Shown: positions 38,065 through 50,459 of the stretch, piece after piece
Numbering within the stretch: the first letter of the stretch is position 1
Layout of the letters: the number at the start of each line of letters is the position of its first letter
Source of the DNA: Basidiobolus meristosporus CBS 931.73
Lineage: Eukaryota; Fungi; Basidiobolomycota
Length of the DNA stretch: 64,000 bases
Reading direction: 5' to 3'
Assembly: GCA_002104905.1 (NCBI GenBank)
Contig: MCFE01000150.1
Location: 1 to 64,000, forward strand
Made by a program: the position numbers and the translations under genes
Notes under the pieces: model-generated
The model's database searches: none
Told to the model about the DNA's origin: nothing
The model's input: only the letters and a program-made list of their open reading frames with translations

Positions 38065-40356
38065 ATTTGAATAGAAGGTTGGAAATTCGGGCTGGATTGT
38101 CAGTTGATAGTGTAAGCTCCGGAGTGACCAGTGGTATTTATACACACCACAACCATCTAGCCCAACAGATACTAAACTAACCAGACCGTAACTGCCGATG
38201 CATCTCCTGGAAGATCGCAACTAACACCAGTTCAGCTGGCCAGTACTATTGTTTCTGAAATGTAGGAATCTCATCTCGTATGCACGAAGTGTCGTTGATG
38301 CCTGCAAATCTCCTTGCATTGGGTCAGGTTTTTATGCAATTCGATCGACTCAATACAAGTCAAGCGAAAGTTACATGTTGACATTTGGGATTACCAACGA
38401 ATGTATAGTCTGTAGCCTAACTGATTGGGCTGTCTACTGTTACTTTTAATTTCTGGACGCACCACCTGTTGACATTCATCCGATGAATCAACGAAGGATC
38501 AGCGGATAATCAGGAGAACAGCTGCATGGCTCTTACATACGGGTATATGAATCTAGTTTCATGTGGCCACCTCCCTCCCAGAAACACCAAGACGCCTGAT
38601 CCTTCATACGAGCGACTTGATGTTGAGAATACTGGGCTTGGTCATACAAGACACAGTATGCTGATTTCTGCTATATTCCAACAGTGTTTGCATGAACACA
38701 AAAACAAAGAGACTGCATGAAGGCCGGAGATCGCCATGCCTCGGTGTTCTGGATGAACAGTGCAGCCCCAATGTTAGGAATACGTCCCGCCCACCATGGT
38801 GCGGTGATGGCTGTTGAGGAGGGGGCGGCGGCATTGTGCCCGGTGATTGTCAGACTCGATTTGCTGATATGAACACAGCTTGGTAGTACATTGTGGGAAA
38901 CGAGGGCTGCAGCACGGCAAGCATCAGATCAGAGGTATGGGTAGGATCCTCGGCACCAGTCACTATGAGGAAGGGAAAACCATTGCTGACGAAAGCGTCG
39001 TGTTAATGAACCACCAAGAACAGAAGCAACGACCCAGTTGATGGGTGTGGTTGGCAGAGCCTCTCAGCCTAGCCGATGCGTAGGGTGCTTGCAGGTTATG
39101 ATGGAAGTTCCACTCAGCTTGCACACCACTGTGTACCAAGCTACCTACATGGGCTACGATCAGATGTCACCATGTATCCTATCCAATGTTCTGGTAGCAA
39201 GCCTCGATGGTCCTTGATAGTGCTGCTTCCTTGCGACGGCAAGCACCCCTCTTTCAGATCCGTTCGTCCTTGCTATTGGCACAGATATTAAACGCCGAGA
39301 AAGTACGTGTGATGTCATCTGGAAAGCTAGCAGAATACGATTAAATCGAGTCTGTGGGCGGTTTTTCTCACGGAATGGCTGGTAGTGAAAGCGCAGTCTG
39401 CCTTGGGGTGAGGTTGGATGGATGCCTGCTGATCGAAGAGGATCAGATGTTGGTGGGTGATGAGATGGATCCGAAACTAGGCGACCGCTCGAAGGTACAA
39501 TGCTAAACAAATAGCCAGGCGCTCTCAGAGACACTGTTCTGTTGCGTCCCGTGTACCACCATTAAACGAAACAGATCCGTGGTTTCAGACGCCCTGCCAG
39601 TAGTTCGAGCAGTATTGGGGATATTTATTAAATCTTGATAGCAATCCGTGGTTGTCAGGCTATTCTATTTGTAGTAATATATTACGGAGGAGTTCTTGGC
39701 ACGGAACAGAGAATAGGGGCGAGCAGCATGTGAATAGAATTGCGTAGCCATACGCTAGGCAGGAAAGTTTAACGAGGCAACTTGGGTGATTACATCCGAA
39801 GGGCAATATCTCTAGGGTTGCGAAAGGCCGTGGCAGGCTCCGTCGTATGTAGACGGCCACCTCTTCGGACGAGATCCATCTTCGGATACAGTAGTACCAC
39901 CCTATTTACATGCTACACGGAATCGACTTGGACCATCGCAACTGGACTGATAGAAGTTCATTGTGGCTAACCATCACAAATACTCAAGAAGAAATGCTAG
40001 CATCAGTTGCGGTCAAGTCGAGCCATTTGTGAATATCTATTGATTAAAAAACGATTCATTCTAGGCCATGCTCTACATTTTCTAAGGGTCAGAGAGTATG
40101 GATCCTTGCAGTAGCTACCGGATGCTCGTGGCGCCACTCGCCGAGGAACGGATCAAACGTATCACTCTTATGGTCTGTTTAGATCGATGGTTCGAAAAGA
40201 CGCTAGAGCAGCAGATCAGGCACTAAAATGAAGAGAGGCGACCTGGACGTTGGCTAGGAACAGGGTGGCAATAGCCATGCACAAAGTGACCCACGCCATG
40301 AGTTTCTCATATATGGGCTCGCCTTGGAAAAATAGGATGTCGCCTAGGCCTGGTTC

Positions 40357-40934
40357 TCAGAAGAAGCATAGCTCGGACTTGTAATTCTCTAAAAACTCCT
40401 TGATCTCAACGTCGTTGACCCACACATCGTAGTCTAGTAATCTCAAAAACTCCAACTCCATACGGTTCACCTGCGAGTTGGAGAACGCCCCTGAAATGTC
40501 GGCCACTGCGCGACTGCTGAGCCCCCATTCACCGTAGAGAAACTTGGACGCGACTAGCAAGCTTGCAAGAAAAATTCGGTGCGACGTCCCGTACTCTCCC
40601 TGTGCGGTCCGGGGCAGCTTCGCCTTCAGCCTGTAGACGTATATCAGGGCCACAATCCCAGTGACAGCATCTATACGAGAGCGCTCCGCTACACGCTCGA
40701 TAAACAGGAGGAGCTCTGGTAAGGAAAGCTGGGTTAGGGGACGGTCCTTGGTTTTTAACAAGCCGCACATGGATTCGGCGGTGAAATCTACAAACTTTAG
40801 TTTAGCTCCAGGCTACGGCGACAAGCATCTTGTACGGATCAAGGTGAGTGAAGCGACTTACTGATTAGCGTGTGCGGAAGCGGCTTGTAAGGATTGTGCT
40901 GAGTGTTCACGATGGATTTGGATCGCTTAACCAT
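40357..40934 (-). CDS. Pho85-type (Pcl) cyclin, 2 exons
   Basis: ALIYVYRLKAKLP, HRIFLASLLVASKF and VNRMELEFLRLLDY; an upstream exon MVKRSK...TLI splices in frame to NFTAESMCG. Confidence 0.85.
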
Positions 40935-43900
40935 TCTATTCATAAAGGCGAGAACAATCAACCTACTGAGCGCTCAGACGAGCAGGGAGAGTCTATCGGA
41001 CCTGAAGGGATGTATGCTAGCTCAACGTGGAAAATGGATTTGCGCAATGCTGTGGTGATCAGTCGGAAACCAAGAAGCACAAGAAACACTTGGGAGACAC
41101 TACTGGATGTAACCCCGTCCAGGGAACTCGAATCGCTTTTATAGTGCAAGCACACAACAGGGACTGGATTTGATCTCTGTCGCTGAAGCGGTTCTCACAA
41201 GGATCATTGGCTGGATTTGCCACTGAGATCTATCCAAAGCAACAATCAAATCTTTGAATCTTGTTAGATTCTGACCTGCTTCATTTCAGCAGGGTGTTTC
41301 AAAGCGTACACAGGTTCAGATCAATCGATTCCATGAAAATCGACTGATACATCAGTCTTTGGCTAGGTGAAAGCAGCTAGCTGATCAACCCCGTGTATCC
41401 TCACTGCCACCTTGGAACTAATGCAATGTCAGGAAACGTAAATAAGTGTGGATCGATGAGTCGATCTCTATTGTATTGGATTCCAAATATAACTCAAGAT
41501 CAGCATTGAACATAGAAGAGGCACTTGTACACACATGAGCTCAATGCATCGCCTAGATCTATGGATATGATGCTGCGATAAAGGCCCTATGGACCGAGAG
41601 GCGGAGCAAGGCAGCAAGAGACCAAAGTCGCCCGAGGCAGTGGTTGGCTGCTCACTTCCAGGCCACTCTGTCTAGGTGGATCAGCTCATCACAAGTTCAC
41701 TAATCCGCGATCATAGCTCAGCTATCTGGTGCATAAAATTCACATGAAAAATCCCATCCGTAAGCTCGCCTCTGACCTCTCGAGCGGGACTTTCCGGCAG
41801 TCGCACGCGGTAGGCTTATTAGTTGCAGCATCCACCACCCCATTGTGCTAGCCCCTAGCTCATCCTGAATCCAATATATCCAAGCTCTCGGTAGGTTGAG
41901 GATTCTCACTTGACTACTGCTGCTTGAGACCACCAAACATCCTGTCAAACCTCACCCGCGCTCACATAGGGGCCACTCTGATTCGCCGAAAATAAGGATC
42001 CATTTGTGGCGATGCAGGCTGTTCCTGATTCCTATAATCCCGTCGGTGGTTGAATTCTACCTGGACGCTCCGGTCGGGGATACCCCTCATTAATGCCAAC
42101 ATTCTCTCCCACAGAGAACATGGCTCCGGCTATTGGAGTGGTATTGGTGTAAATTTCTTCAGATGGGACCGGCTTTTGTGCCAAGGGAAGTGGTATGCGA
42201 GGTTGGTCATGTGGTGGAGGTCCATCTTGTGGCCTATTCCGAATCTGGGAAATCTGGCTGGTTGTACCAGGGCATGTTCGACCTTCGTTCCCATCGTGTC
42301 CGACTAGCCATAGTGAACTCGAGGGCAGGAAGAATTCCCGGCGAATTCCGTGCTGACTGGTGTTCAACCTAGGAACCAAAGGAAACCCGCAGTCGTGATA
42401 CGGAATCTGAAATGCCCAGTGTTGGTGCATTGGCATTCAAGGCTTCGGCTTGGACGCTTGGCTAGCATCAGGGCTGGCACATTTGGTTAGTGATGCTTGG
42501 AAAAGATTGTTTGGGTAGTTCCCATGCTTCCTTTCACAAGTCTTGCTAGCTACCCCACTCCCAATGCAAGGCAAGTGACATCCAAGTATCAAGTGTGGCG
42601 ATCAGTAGCATGTTGGGCGCCAGCACATACGCTAACACAACTAGCGGTGCTCAGATCAGGTGTCCAATGGAATAGTTCATTTATGTGATTAATGTGATAC
42701 AAATGCTTTCTTGATCTAGGCTCTGGAATGTGTCTGACCAACGTAACATCTAATGTATCCCGGATTCGATATCGCGAATGTTGGGAGATCAAGGAGCGCT
42801 CTAGCTGGGATTGGCCATTTGGATTATCTGGGCGATAGAAATTGGCCCGCCATCACTCGGATATTCCTCGAGGGGTAGGGTTTCGATCGTGTCCATGCTA
42901 TCCAGGGAAGTTCGAGTCGTATCAAGTGCACTTGCATGGAAGCGAGGTGGTGAATGCTAGCCTTACTTAGTCTATGGCCCTGGGCTGTTTGCGTAACAAC
43001 CAGCATCAAGTGCACCACATGGGGTTTTGATCGATCCCTGATCGTTACTTTGGCGCAATTGTCGGGAAGGGAGTGGCCCTCTCGTAGGCCTATTTCTTGC
43101 TGAGTAATACATGTGCATCATGCGCTGAATATTCGGTGGGCAAAATGGGCCATCTCGCCTGTCCCTAACCACCAGGTAACATCCAATCACTCCATCAGCA
43201 CTCTCCGCTTGGGGCCAGTGTCCACTCGCCATTGTCCGCAGGAGAAGGACGAGACCTACCTGAGTATGTGGATGTGGATGGGCAGATGCAATAAAGCATA
43301 GCCGGCCCAAGCCCTTTTGCAAGCGACGAGGATGATATCTATGCTAGAGCTTAGGCAAGTACAGAGACTGGCCATATGACCTGGCTCACTGAGGAGCTGG
43401 TTCCCTGATAGATCAGGTGTCCACATGCTGGGTGACCGAATAGGACCATTATCACGCCCGATCAACACCAAGTCCCCAAACGTCCATTGTAAACCCAATG
43501 CTGCAGTGCCTCAGGAAAACCGCACACTACACCACCCACCCCGCAGGCTCATTAATGAAATCAGCAATATGCGGCCGATATTCGTCGCTCAATGAGAGAC
43601 ACCCTTCTGTATGCATCCCGAATAGGCAATTTTGCAAATTCGCTGGTGTGCGGGTTTGTCACCAACCGGGCATGAATAGCATTTAATCATTTAAGGGCTC
43701 GTTGGTGTACATCCACTCGATATTTCCGGATCAGTGTGGCTTTGGTAGAACGATTCGAAATCATGAGCCAATCATACGGTCGGTCATCCCGCAGTTCCTA
43801 TCGGCCAGCACGGCTACAGCCACTTTTGGTACATATAGCGTCTTCAGCTGAAAATCCCACCTTTTATCCCGACAGTGCAGTCCTTCACCACAGCTTTCCA

Positions 43901-44031
43901 CCACACGACGCATCGGTTAAAGCTGGCCCTTCATCATTCTTGTCCATCGCCATTCTTGTCCGGCAACGAGAGACAGTCGACTCATATTCCCAAGGCCACT
44001 GCATCGAAGCGCCTTTTGCTTGCCTCTAACC

Positions 44032-44952
44032 ATGGTAAACACAAGACCCCTACCTTCATCCTCCAACTCTACCGCCACCAAGAGCAACATGTTCTATTCA
44101 AGCTCTCGCTTCTTTAATGACTACTACAACGAGAGCCAGGTATCGGTGGATCGTTTTGGTAGACCACCGGTTCACTTGAGAGAGCCAGCCTCCCACAGAG
44201 ACATGGGTGCCTCCTTCCATGCAAGGTTCGAGAAGAGGTCTCTTTCGGAAGAGCCTTCTGCCCACACGCAGAGCCCCAGAAAGCGGGCTCGTCCCTTGCC
44301 ACACGAGGCAACCCACGACGGTGGTTATTTTCCGGAGAGATCCAGCTTCCTAGACGTGGACTCAGTTTCCCTCACGGAAGAATTTGAGGAGATAGAGCTT
44401 GAGGCGGTTCGAATATTGGGCTCTTTCAGTCAAGTGGGCCGAGCTGAGCGGAGAAATTCAAAGCCATCCATAACACACATCACACTACCCAAGTTACGGT
44501 ATCCAGATCCAATCATCAATGCTCCCGTAGAACCAAAGACACCGATTTCAGGGTGCACGGGGCCATTCGACTCGTCAGCTGAGGAGGAGATCTACCGAGG
44601 ATCCGACTCTAAGGAGCCGGAGCCTACTGAGAGTATTGCGGATGGGGTGCCCAGTGAGGAGGAGGAAAAGGCGCCTGGTGTTTATCGCTGTGAATATCCG
44701 TTGTGTGGCAAGCTATTCGGGAAGCTGTACAACCTCAAGTCCCACGAGCGCACCCATACCGATGACCGACCATTCAAGTGCAACCAGTGTGAGTACGCAT
44801 TCAGTCGAAATCACGATCTGAAAAGACACCAGAAGATTCACTTGGGTCTCAAGCCCTACGAATGCAAAGCGTGCACCAAGAAGTTCTCGCGAATGGACGC
44901 TCTTGGCAGACATCGGGCCAAACGACCGGAGTGTCGAGAGGAGGGGAATTGA
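44032..44952 (+). CDS. C2H2 zinc-finger transcription factor with three C-terminal fingers, Crz1-like array
   Basis: CEYPLC..YNLKSHERTH-TDDRPFKC..FSRNHDLKRHQKIH-LGLKPYEC..FSRMDALGRH. Confidence 0.9.
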   Translation: MVNTRPLPSSSNSTATKSNMFYSSSRFFNDYYNESQVSVDRFGRPPVHLREPASHRDMGASFHARFEKRSLSEEPSAHTQSPRKRARPLPHEATHDGGYFPERSSFLDVDSVSLTEEFEEIELEAVRILGSFSQVGRAERRNSKPSITHITLPKLRYPDPIINAPVEPKTPISGCTGPFDSSAEEEIYRGSDSKEPEPTESIADGVPSEEEEKAPGVYRCEYPLCGKLFGKLYNLKSHERTHTDDRPFKCNQCEYAFSRNHDLKRHQKIHLGLKPYECKACTKKFSRMDALGRHRAKRPECREEGN

Positions 44953-46974
44953 TGGAGCCCAGGCGAGAGATGCATCCATACGCTGTACAATAGAGTTTGC
45001 CATAGAGAAGGATCGAATCGAAGGAGTGGATGTCATGCCGCGATAGAGGATCAGTAGGAAGACATGTGGAGTGTATCTTGCACCTAGATGATCATCGGTT
45101 TTAGATGGGTTGGTGGAAGTTGGTTGTCGCAGCAGTTGAGGGGAAGGAGGTGGATCGTTTGGATATCCAGCTCATTTAGTGCTAAAGTGTTAATTCAGAT
45201 TCAATGCAATACATCCGTGATTAAATCCTTATTTTCCTATTTCCGAGCGCTTTAATCTCAGCCCAAGTATGTAAGTTGACAACAGAGCATGCAATTCATA
45301 CCGACTTCAGAACCCTGACCGCCCGCTTCCAGCTATTTTCTGTGGCAGTCTGCAGGCGGCTCAATACCATTCAACTCATCCCGAAAGCATCGCCCACGGC
45401 TAAATATCGCTGGCGGGTTTCTGCGAGGCTGTGGCCCAGCACTCCCAGCTTACAAAATCCCCAACCTCAGGATTTGGTGCCTAGGAATCTAGACACCACC
45501 GTACTGAAGAGGGTGAGGCGGGACTACCCGCCAGGTGGCTTATTGGGTATGCATAGATCATTTGGGCATCAAAGTGGCTGGTTGCAGGATTTACCCTGTC
45601 ATGCATGATGCATCTCCAATGTATATAGCTATACCTTGGCCCTGAATGCGCGACACAAATCCATTTATATCAGTTACAACTATTCCATGAGGACGTCCGA
45701 GTGCAACACAAATCCCTCACGAAAGATATAGGCGCACCCCCTTTATGTTGGAGACGGTCCAGTGAATTTTCCTGTTGGGAAGGATATTGTTTGTGCCATA
45801 CTCTTTGGAACATACCAATCGCCTTATTGAAGTGTCAAACGCGGATTTTACTTCGAAGAGCTCAATGGTAGGTTAGACCCCCCATTCTTGACATCATTGT
45901 TCATCTAGGACAGGCATTTACAAATCATCACACAAGACCTTCTCAAGGTACAAACACTTCGCTATCATTCGATGTATTATTGAGTGCAAGCCTAGCATTT
46001 TGCTTGCTCTCTATATCACTTTCAATTTACCAAGAATCTCATAACAGCTTGTGGGTTCCAGGTCATCGCAGTCAGGAAGGTCCACTGATGCTATCACCAA
46101 GCTTTTGCTCTGGTGGGAGGCTGGATAGATCCAGCAATAAAGTCTATAAGAAGCATATTTAGATGTTGCAACAACAAAGCAGATTTTGTCCATATCTTTG
46201 TAAGGTTTTGACTGAGCATGTTCATACAGTATCGAGGAGGGCCTTGTGGCATGCTAGAGAAGAGAATGAAGTTCTTCTACCAAAGCTTACCCTATGAAAA
46301 ATAGATGTGAGGATCCCATCAAAAGGCTATTGCAGAACTGAGACCCTGTGACTGAGAGGTACTGATGCAAACAGAACACTATGAAAACACCATCAGGATA
46401 AAACTGTACACCAAATATTCAAAAAAGCTTGGTCAAATGTATTACCTAAGCAGCCCCTGGGTTGATGTTGATTGGTTCTCTGCCACTTCTTTCACCTCCA
46501 GATCCTGGGCACTCAATCTGCTCCTAATTTATTGAGGATTCAGCTGTACATCAATCTCAACTTATATTACCTATAATTGCCCCTGTACCTTGTATTCCCT
46601 TGGAAAAATCTCAAACTTGGAATTCATCTGATTCTCAGCTGGTATTGTGCTGGTATTCTAGTGGTATTTTGCCAATGGTTTTCCTTGAAATTTTCAGTAG
46701 CATTGTGATAGAAGTAGTGAGCAGCTGATTACCAAATTTGGTTTGCATGTTAGTTGGCAAAGTCTCCTCCTGGAACATATGTCTACTTGTCTTCCCATCA
46801 ACTAGTATCTAAGATATTGAGAGTAGTCAGTTTTCAGAAATTTGGAATTCTGCCACTGTTATGATGGTATTCAGCTGGCCCTTTCTTAGGTTCTTTACAG
46901 TATTACTACTGGTCCCAGCCCCACTCTCTATAATTTACTCCATTAAGATTCATCATTCCAGTGTCACCAACTTG

Positions 46975-47218
46975 TAATTACACCCAAATAATTGGCTAAT
47001 GAGGTAACCAGGATAATTATCTACATATCTTGGTGAATTCTGACAAGATTCCTTGTTGGGGATTAGTTGCAATATTCTCACCAGAATATCAGATACTCAG
47101 AATATGAAATATTCCAAAGTTGTCCAAGCAGCCCTCAACTTCTCCCATGCTCTTGGGATCTTCCCACACATATTTTAGTGTTTGTTTTGCCATCAGCATG
47201 TATGAGTGTAAATACTAC
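46975..47218 (+). repeat. Diverged partial copia-family LTR
   Basis: Homology to 1758-2020 (attccttgttggg, caaagttgtccaagcagccc, taaatactact). Confidence 0.75.
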
Positions 47219-47219
47219 T

Positions 47220-49960
47220 TGTTTTAAGAGTCTTTGAGATATTGGAAGTGATTAGGAGAACAAGTAGATTGTGCAATTTTCATTGGATAATATAACAAAT
47301 GTAAAGGTAGTATTTATACTTCTACATGATCTCAGCACAACAAACATGTAGAATAAGCTTGGGAAGGTCACAAGAACACATGTGCAAGGCTTGGAGCTGT
47401 TTGGTCAACTCATCTAATTTTCATGTTCTGAGTACCTGAAATTTTGGTGAAAATATTCAAAACAAATCCTGACAAGGAACTTGGTTAGTATTGTATAAGA
47501 TCTGTAGGTAATTATCAAAGTGACTAAGCTGGAAGCATATTTAGGTAGAATTACAAAATCTTACAGCACTCTGGCTCAACCAAATGCTCATACTGACTAG
47601 TCTTAATTTTGACCTAAGATATTCAGATTTGTCTCCAGCTAAAGATATAGTGAATATGTCTGCAATCATTTCATCTGCAGGACAGTAAACTAAGCTAACT
47701 AAGTTATTTTCTATAGCATCACATATGAAACAATGTCTAATATCTACATGCTTAGTTCTAGCCTGAAAAGTTGGATTTCACCTAGTTTTACACTTCCTTG
47801 ACTATCATGAAATATAGTAATAGGTATTTTTGACCAAAACCCAGGTCCTTAATAAGCTTTCTCAACCACATTGCTCCTTTGGTAGCTTTACAGTGAGCCA
47901 TATACTCTACTTCTGTGGTGGATAGTGCTTTGGTGGGTTGCTCTCTTCAATTTGGTGAAATTGTTCCTCACAGTCCCTAAGAAAAAAACTTAACAAAAGG
48001 CCAGCATGCAGCCATCATAATATTGGCTGATTTCCAAGTTTCTTAAGGCTGGTAGTTGGCAATATCTCAGGTGCTAGATATTAAGCAGTCAAACAAAAAT
48101 ATTTCCCAGAAGGAGACTAAGCCAACTGGTGCCTATGCCAAATTTGGTGGTTAGTTGACCACTACTTCCATCAAAAATTACAATTGAAAATATGAAGAAA
48201 AAACACCATCAGAATACCAGCAGAATAACAGCAGAAACTCAGATGAATTCCAAGTTTGAGACTTTTCATAGGGAGTAAAGAAAGGTGTATCCTGTGGTGC
48301 ATCTTTGGTCTTCTAAGCTTTGTCCCCATTTGGCATCAGAGTAACCCACAAGAACTTGTTCTGAATCCTTATAGGTGTACCTTGAGTAGATGCCAGCAGT
48401 TCCTTTTAGGTATCTAAAATCTGCTTAACTGCTGCAATATAATCAGATCCATAGTTGTAATTATGCTGACTGACTACTCCCACTGTATATGAGATATCTG
48501 GAGGCATTCCAAGCATGATATACATCAGACTGCCAACTATTCATTAATAAAGAAAGTCATGGTTATCAGATGGTACCAAGTTCTCTTGATTTGGCTGAGT
48601 TTTGACAAGTTAAGGTTTGTCTCCATTGGGGTAACTGCTGGTTTACAGTCCTCTGTTTTCCACTTCTTTAGTATATGTAGAATATTCTGGAATTGGCTCA
48701 GGGCAATGGTCTGGATACTTCTGTCTATAGAGAACCTCATCCTCAAGTAGTAACTGATGTCTCCATATGAAAAATGACTTGGTCTTGTGGGTGAATCCAA
48801 TCCAGGTCAGTTGTCAAAAAATGCAATGAGGCCTTCACCATGCCAGCAGCTTGGAATTATTGACCCTCTTCATAATGTTATGACAGCATCATGCTGGTGT
48901 TTTGCTGATTCTACTGCTCTATGGGTAAGTAAACTTGACAGTGTTTGAGCAGATCTTCAATAAGATTTCAGTTGCATTCTGACAGTCTTATTATGGCCTA
49001 CACTTATTTAAGTGGACCCAGCTGCCCAGTACTTACAAATGCCAAATATGGAAAAAACTTGCTGGTATTCCTATGGCCTTGATGTGTACATCTGTTGGCA
49101 TCATTACAGCAGTATGGTGGCCTACAGCTAGTAGTGTGTAATGCTACCATACCAATTCACCAAATGGCATTTTCTTTTGCTACTGACCCTTGTGCCTTTC
49201 ATAGATTCTATTGTAGAATAACCCCAATTTATTTGCTTATCCACCACTACAATGTGTATTCCACCTATAGCTTGAATCATTAAATTTTTACCTCCCTTAA
49301 TATAGTAACTTGGACTATTTCTGGCTTAGTTGGATCTCCTGGTTTGTAATACTGAAATGTTCTCTTGTAGTATGTTCCTAGGCACCAATTTGGGCTGAGC
49401 CACATTAAAGAGTCCTCTGAAGTGAAAAGTTCCCATATATTTCTTTGATTCTGTCCTGACTACTGTTGGACTTGAGCTCAGACTTTTATCATCACCTGAA
49501 ACCATGTTTTGCAGAAATTTGCAATTTTTAAAAAACAACACTTCCCTGGACCTAGTCAGCTACTTTTCTATGGTATTGTAGAGTCTGTATACTATACTCT
49601 CACTGCAGTAGCCAAAATATATGATTTTACACTTTTTGGCTCACATTTTGACTGATTTCCAGGCAGTTTCTTAGCATATGCTGTGCACCTAGAAGTTCTT
49701 AGATGTTTTACACTTAATCTGCATCCATACCATGCCTCAGATGGAGTAGAATCACAAAGTATTTAGCTATAACTCATATGTTTAAGACACACAGCTGTAA
49801 CAACTAATTCCAGACAACATTCATGGAATACTGATCTGTTTGCATGCTCTGCTACTCCACTATGCTGTGAGAAGTATGGTACAGTAGTCTCTTACTTTAT
49901 CCTATGAAGTTTGCAGAAGTGGATGAAGATTTTGAGGTATTTTCTCCATCATTCAATTTG
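47220..49960 (-). mobile_element. Degenerate copia element (3' LTR 47220-47569 plus RH/RT/IN remnants), with deletions and insertions
   Basis: Reverse complement matches 6087-6417 (LTR), ~5250-6075 and ~3760-4450 of the first element. Confidence 0.85.
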
Positions 49961-50092
49961 AAATAATATTCTGATGATACCATCAAAAGGCGGTCACAGA
50001 TTTCAAGTCCAGTGACTAAGAGGTACTGAACCCATTAAGACACTGTGGAAAGACCTTCAAAGAATAATTGCACCCTAGATTTCACAAAAAAC

Positions 50093-50328
50093 TGGTCAAA
50101 TATTTCATCACAATAATACAAACTGGCTTTTGATTAGTTCTCTTCCAATTTTCTCACTCTTGGACCCCAGACACTCTACTACCTCCTACCCTTGTGTGCA
50201 TTGATTTATTTGGTCAAAATGCTTCATTACAACAATACAAAAGTGGCTTTTGATGGGTTCTCTGCCACTCATCTCACTTTCTGATCCTGAACACTCTATT
50301 ATCTCCTATATTTGTGTGCATTTATTGA
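50093..50328 (+). repeat. Two-copy ~118-bp tandem repeat; related sequence at ~46430-46530
   Basis: Units begin tggtcaaa at 50093 and 50211 and share tggcttttgat..gttctct..ca and ttgtgtgcatt. Confidence 0.75.
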
Positions 50329-50459
50329 CTAGTGCCTCTTTTCACACTCCTTAAATCCTGACCCAAACATTTCTATTACTTGTTGTGTGTACAAGTTGAT
50401 TTAATTCTGTTGGAACTTCAGTTGTACCTCAATTGCCAATTGTATTGACCTATACAAGT

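Noticed and set aside
38065-38220. N-terminal extension of the fasciclin ORF
   Set aside because: The signal peptide starts at ATG 38064; the upstream in-frame sequence looks like 5' UTR/promoter.
44455-44490. Calcineurin-docking PxIxIT motif in the zinc-finger protein (PSITHIT)
   Set aside because: The spacing does not fit PxIxIT.
45600-46200. Gene remnant at the island/TE boundary
   Set aside because: Short open stretches and intron-like signals, but no coherent spliced product.
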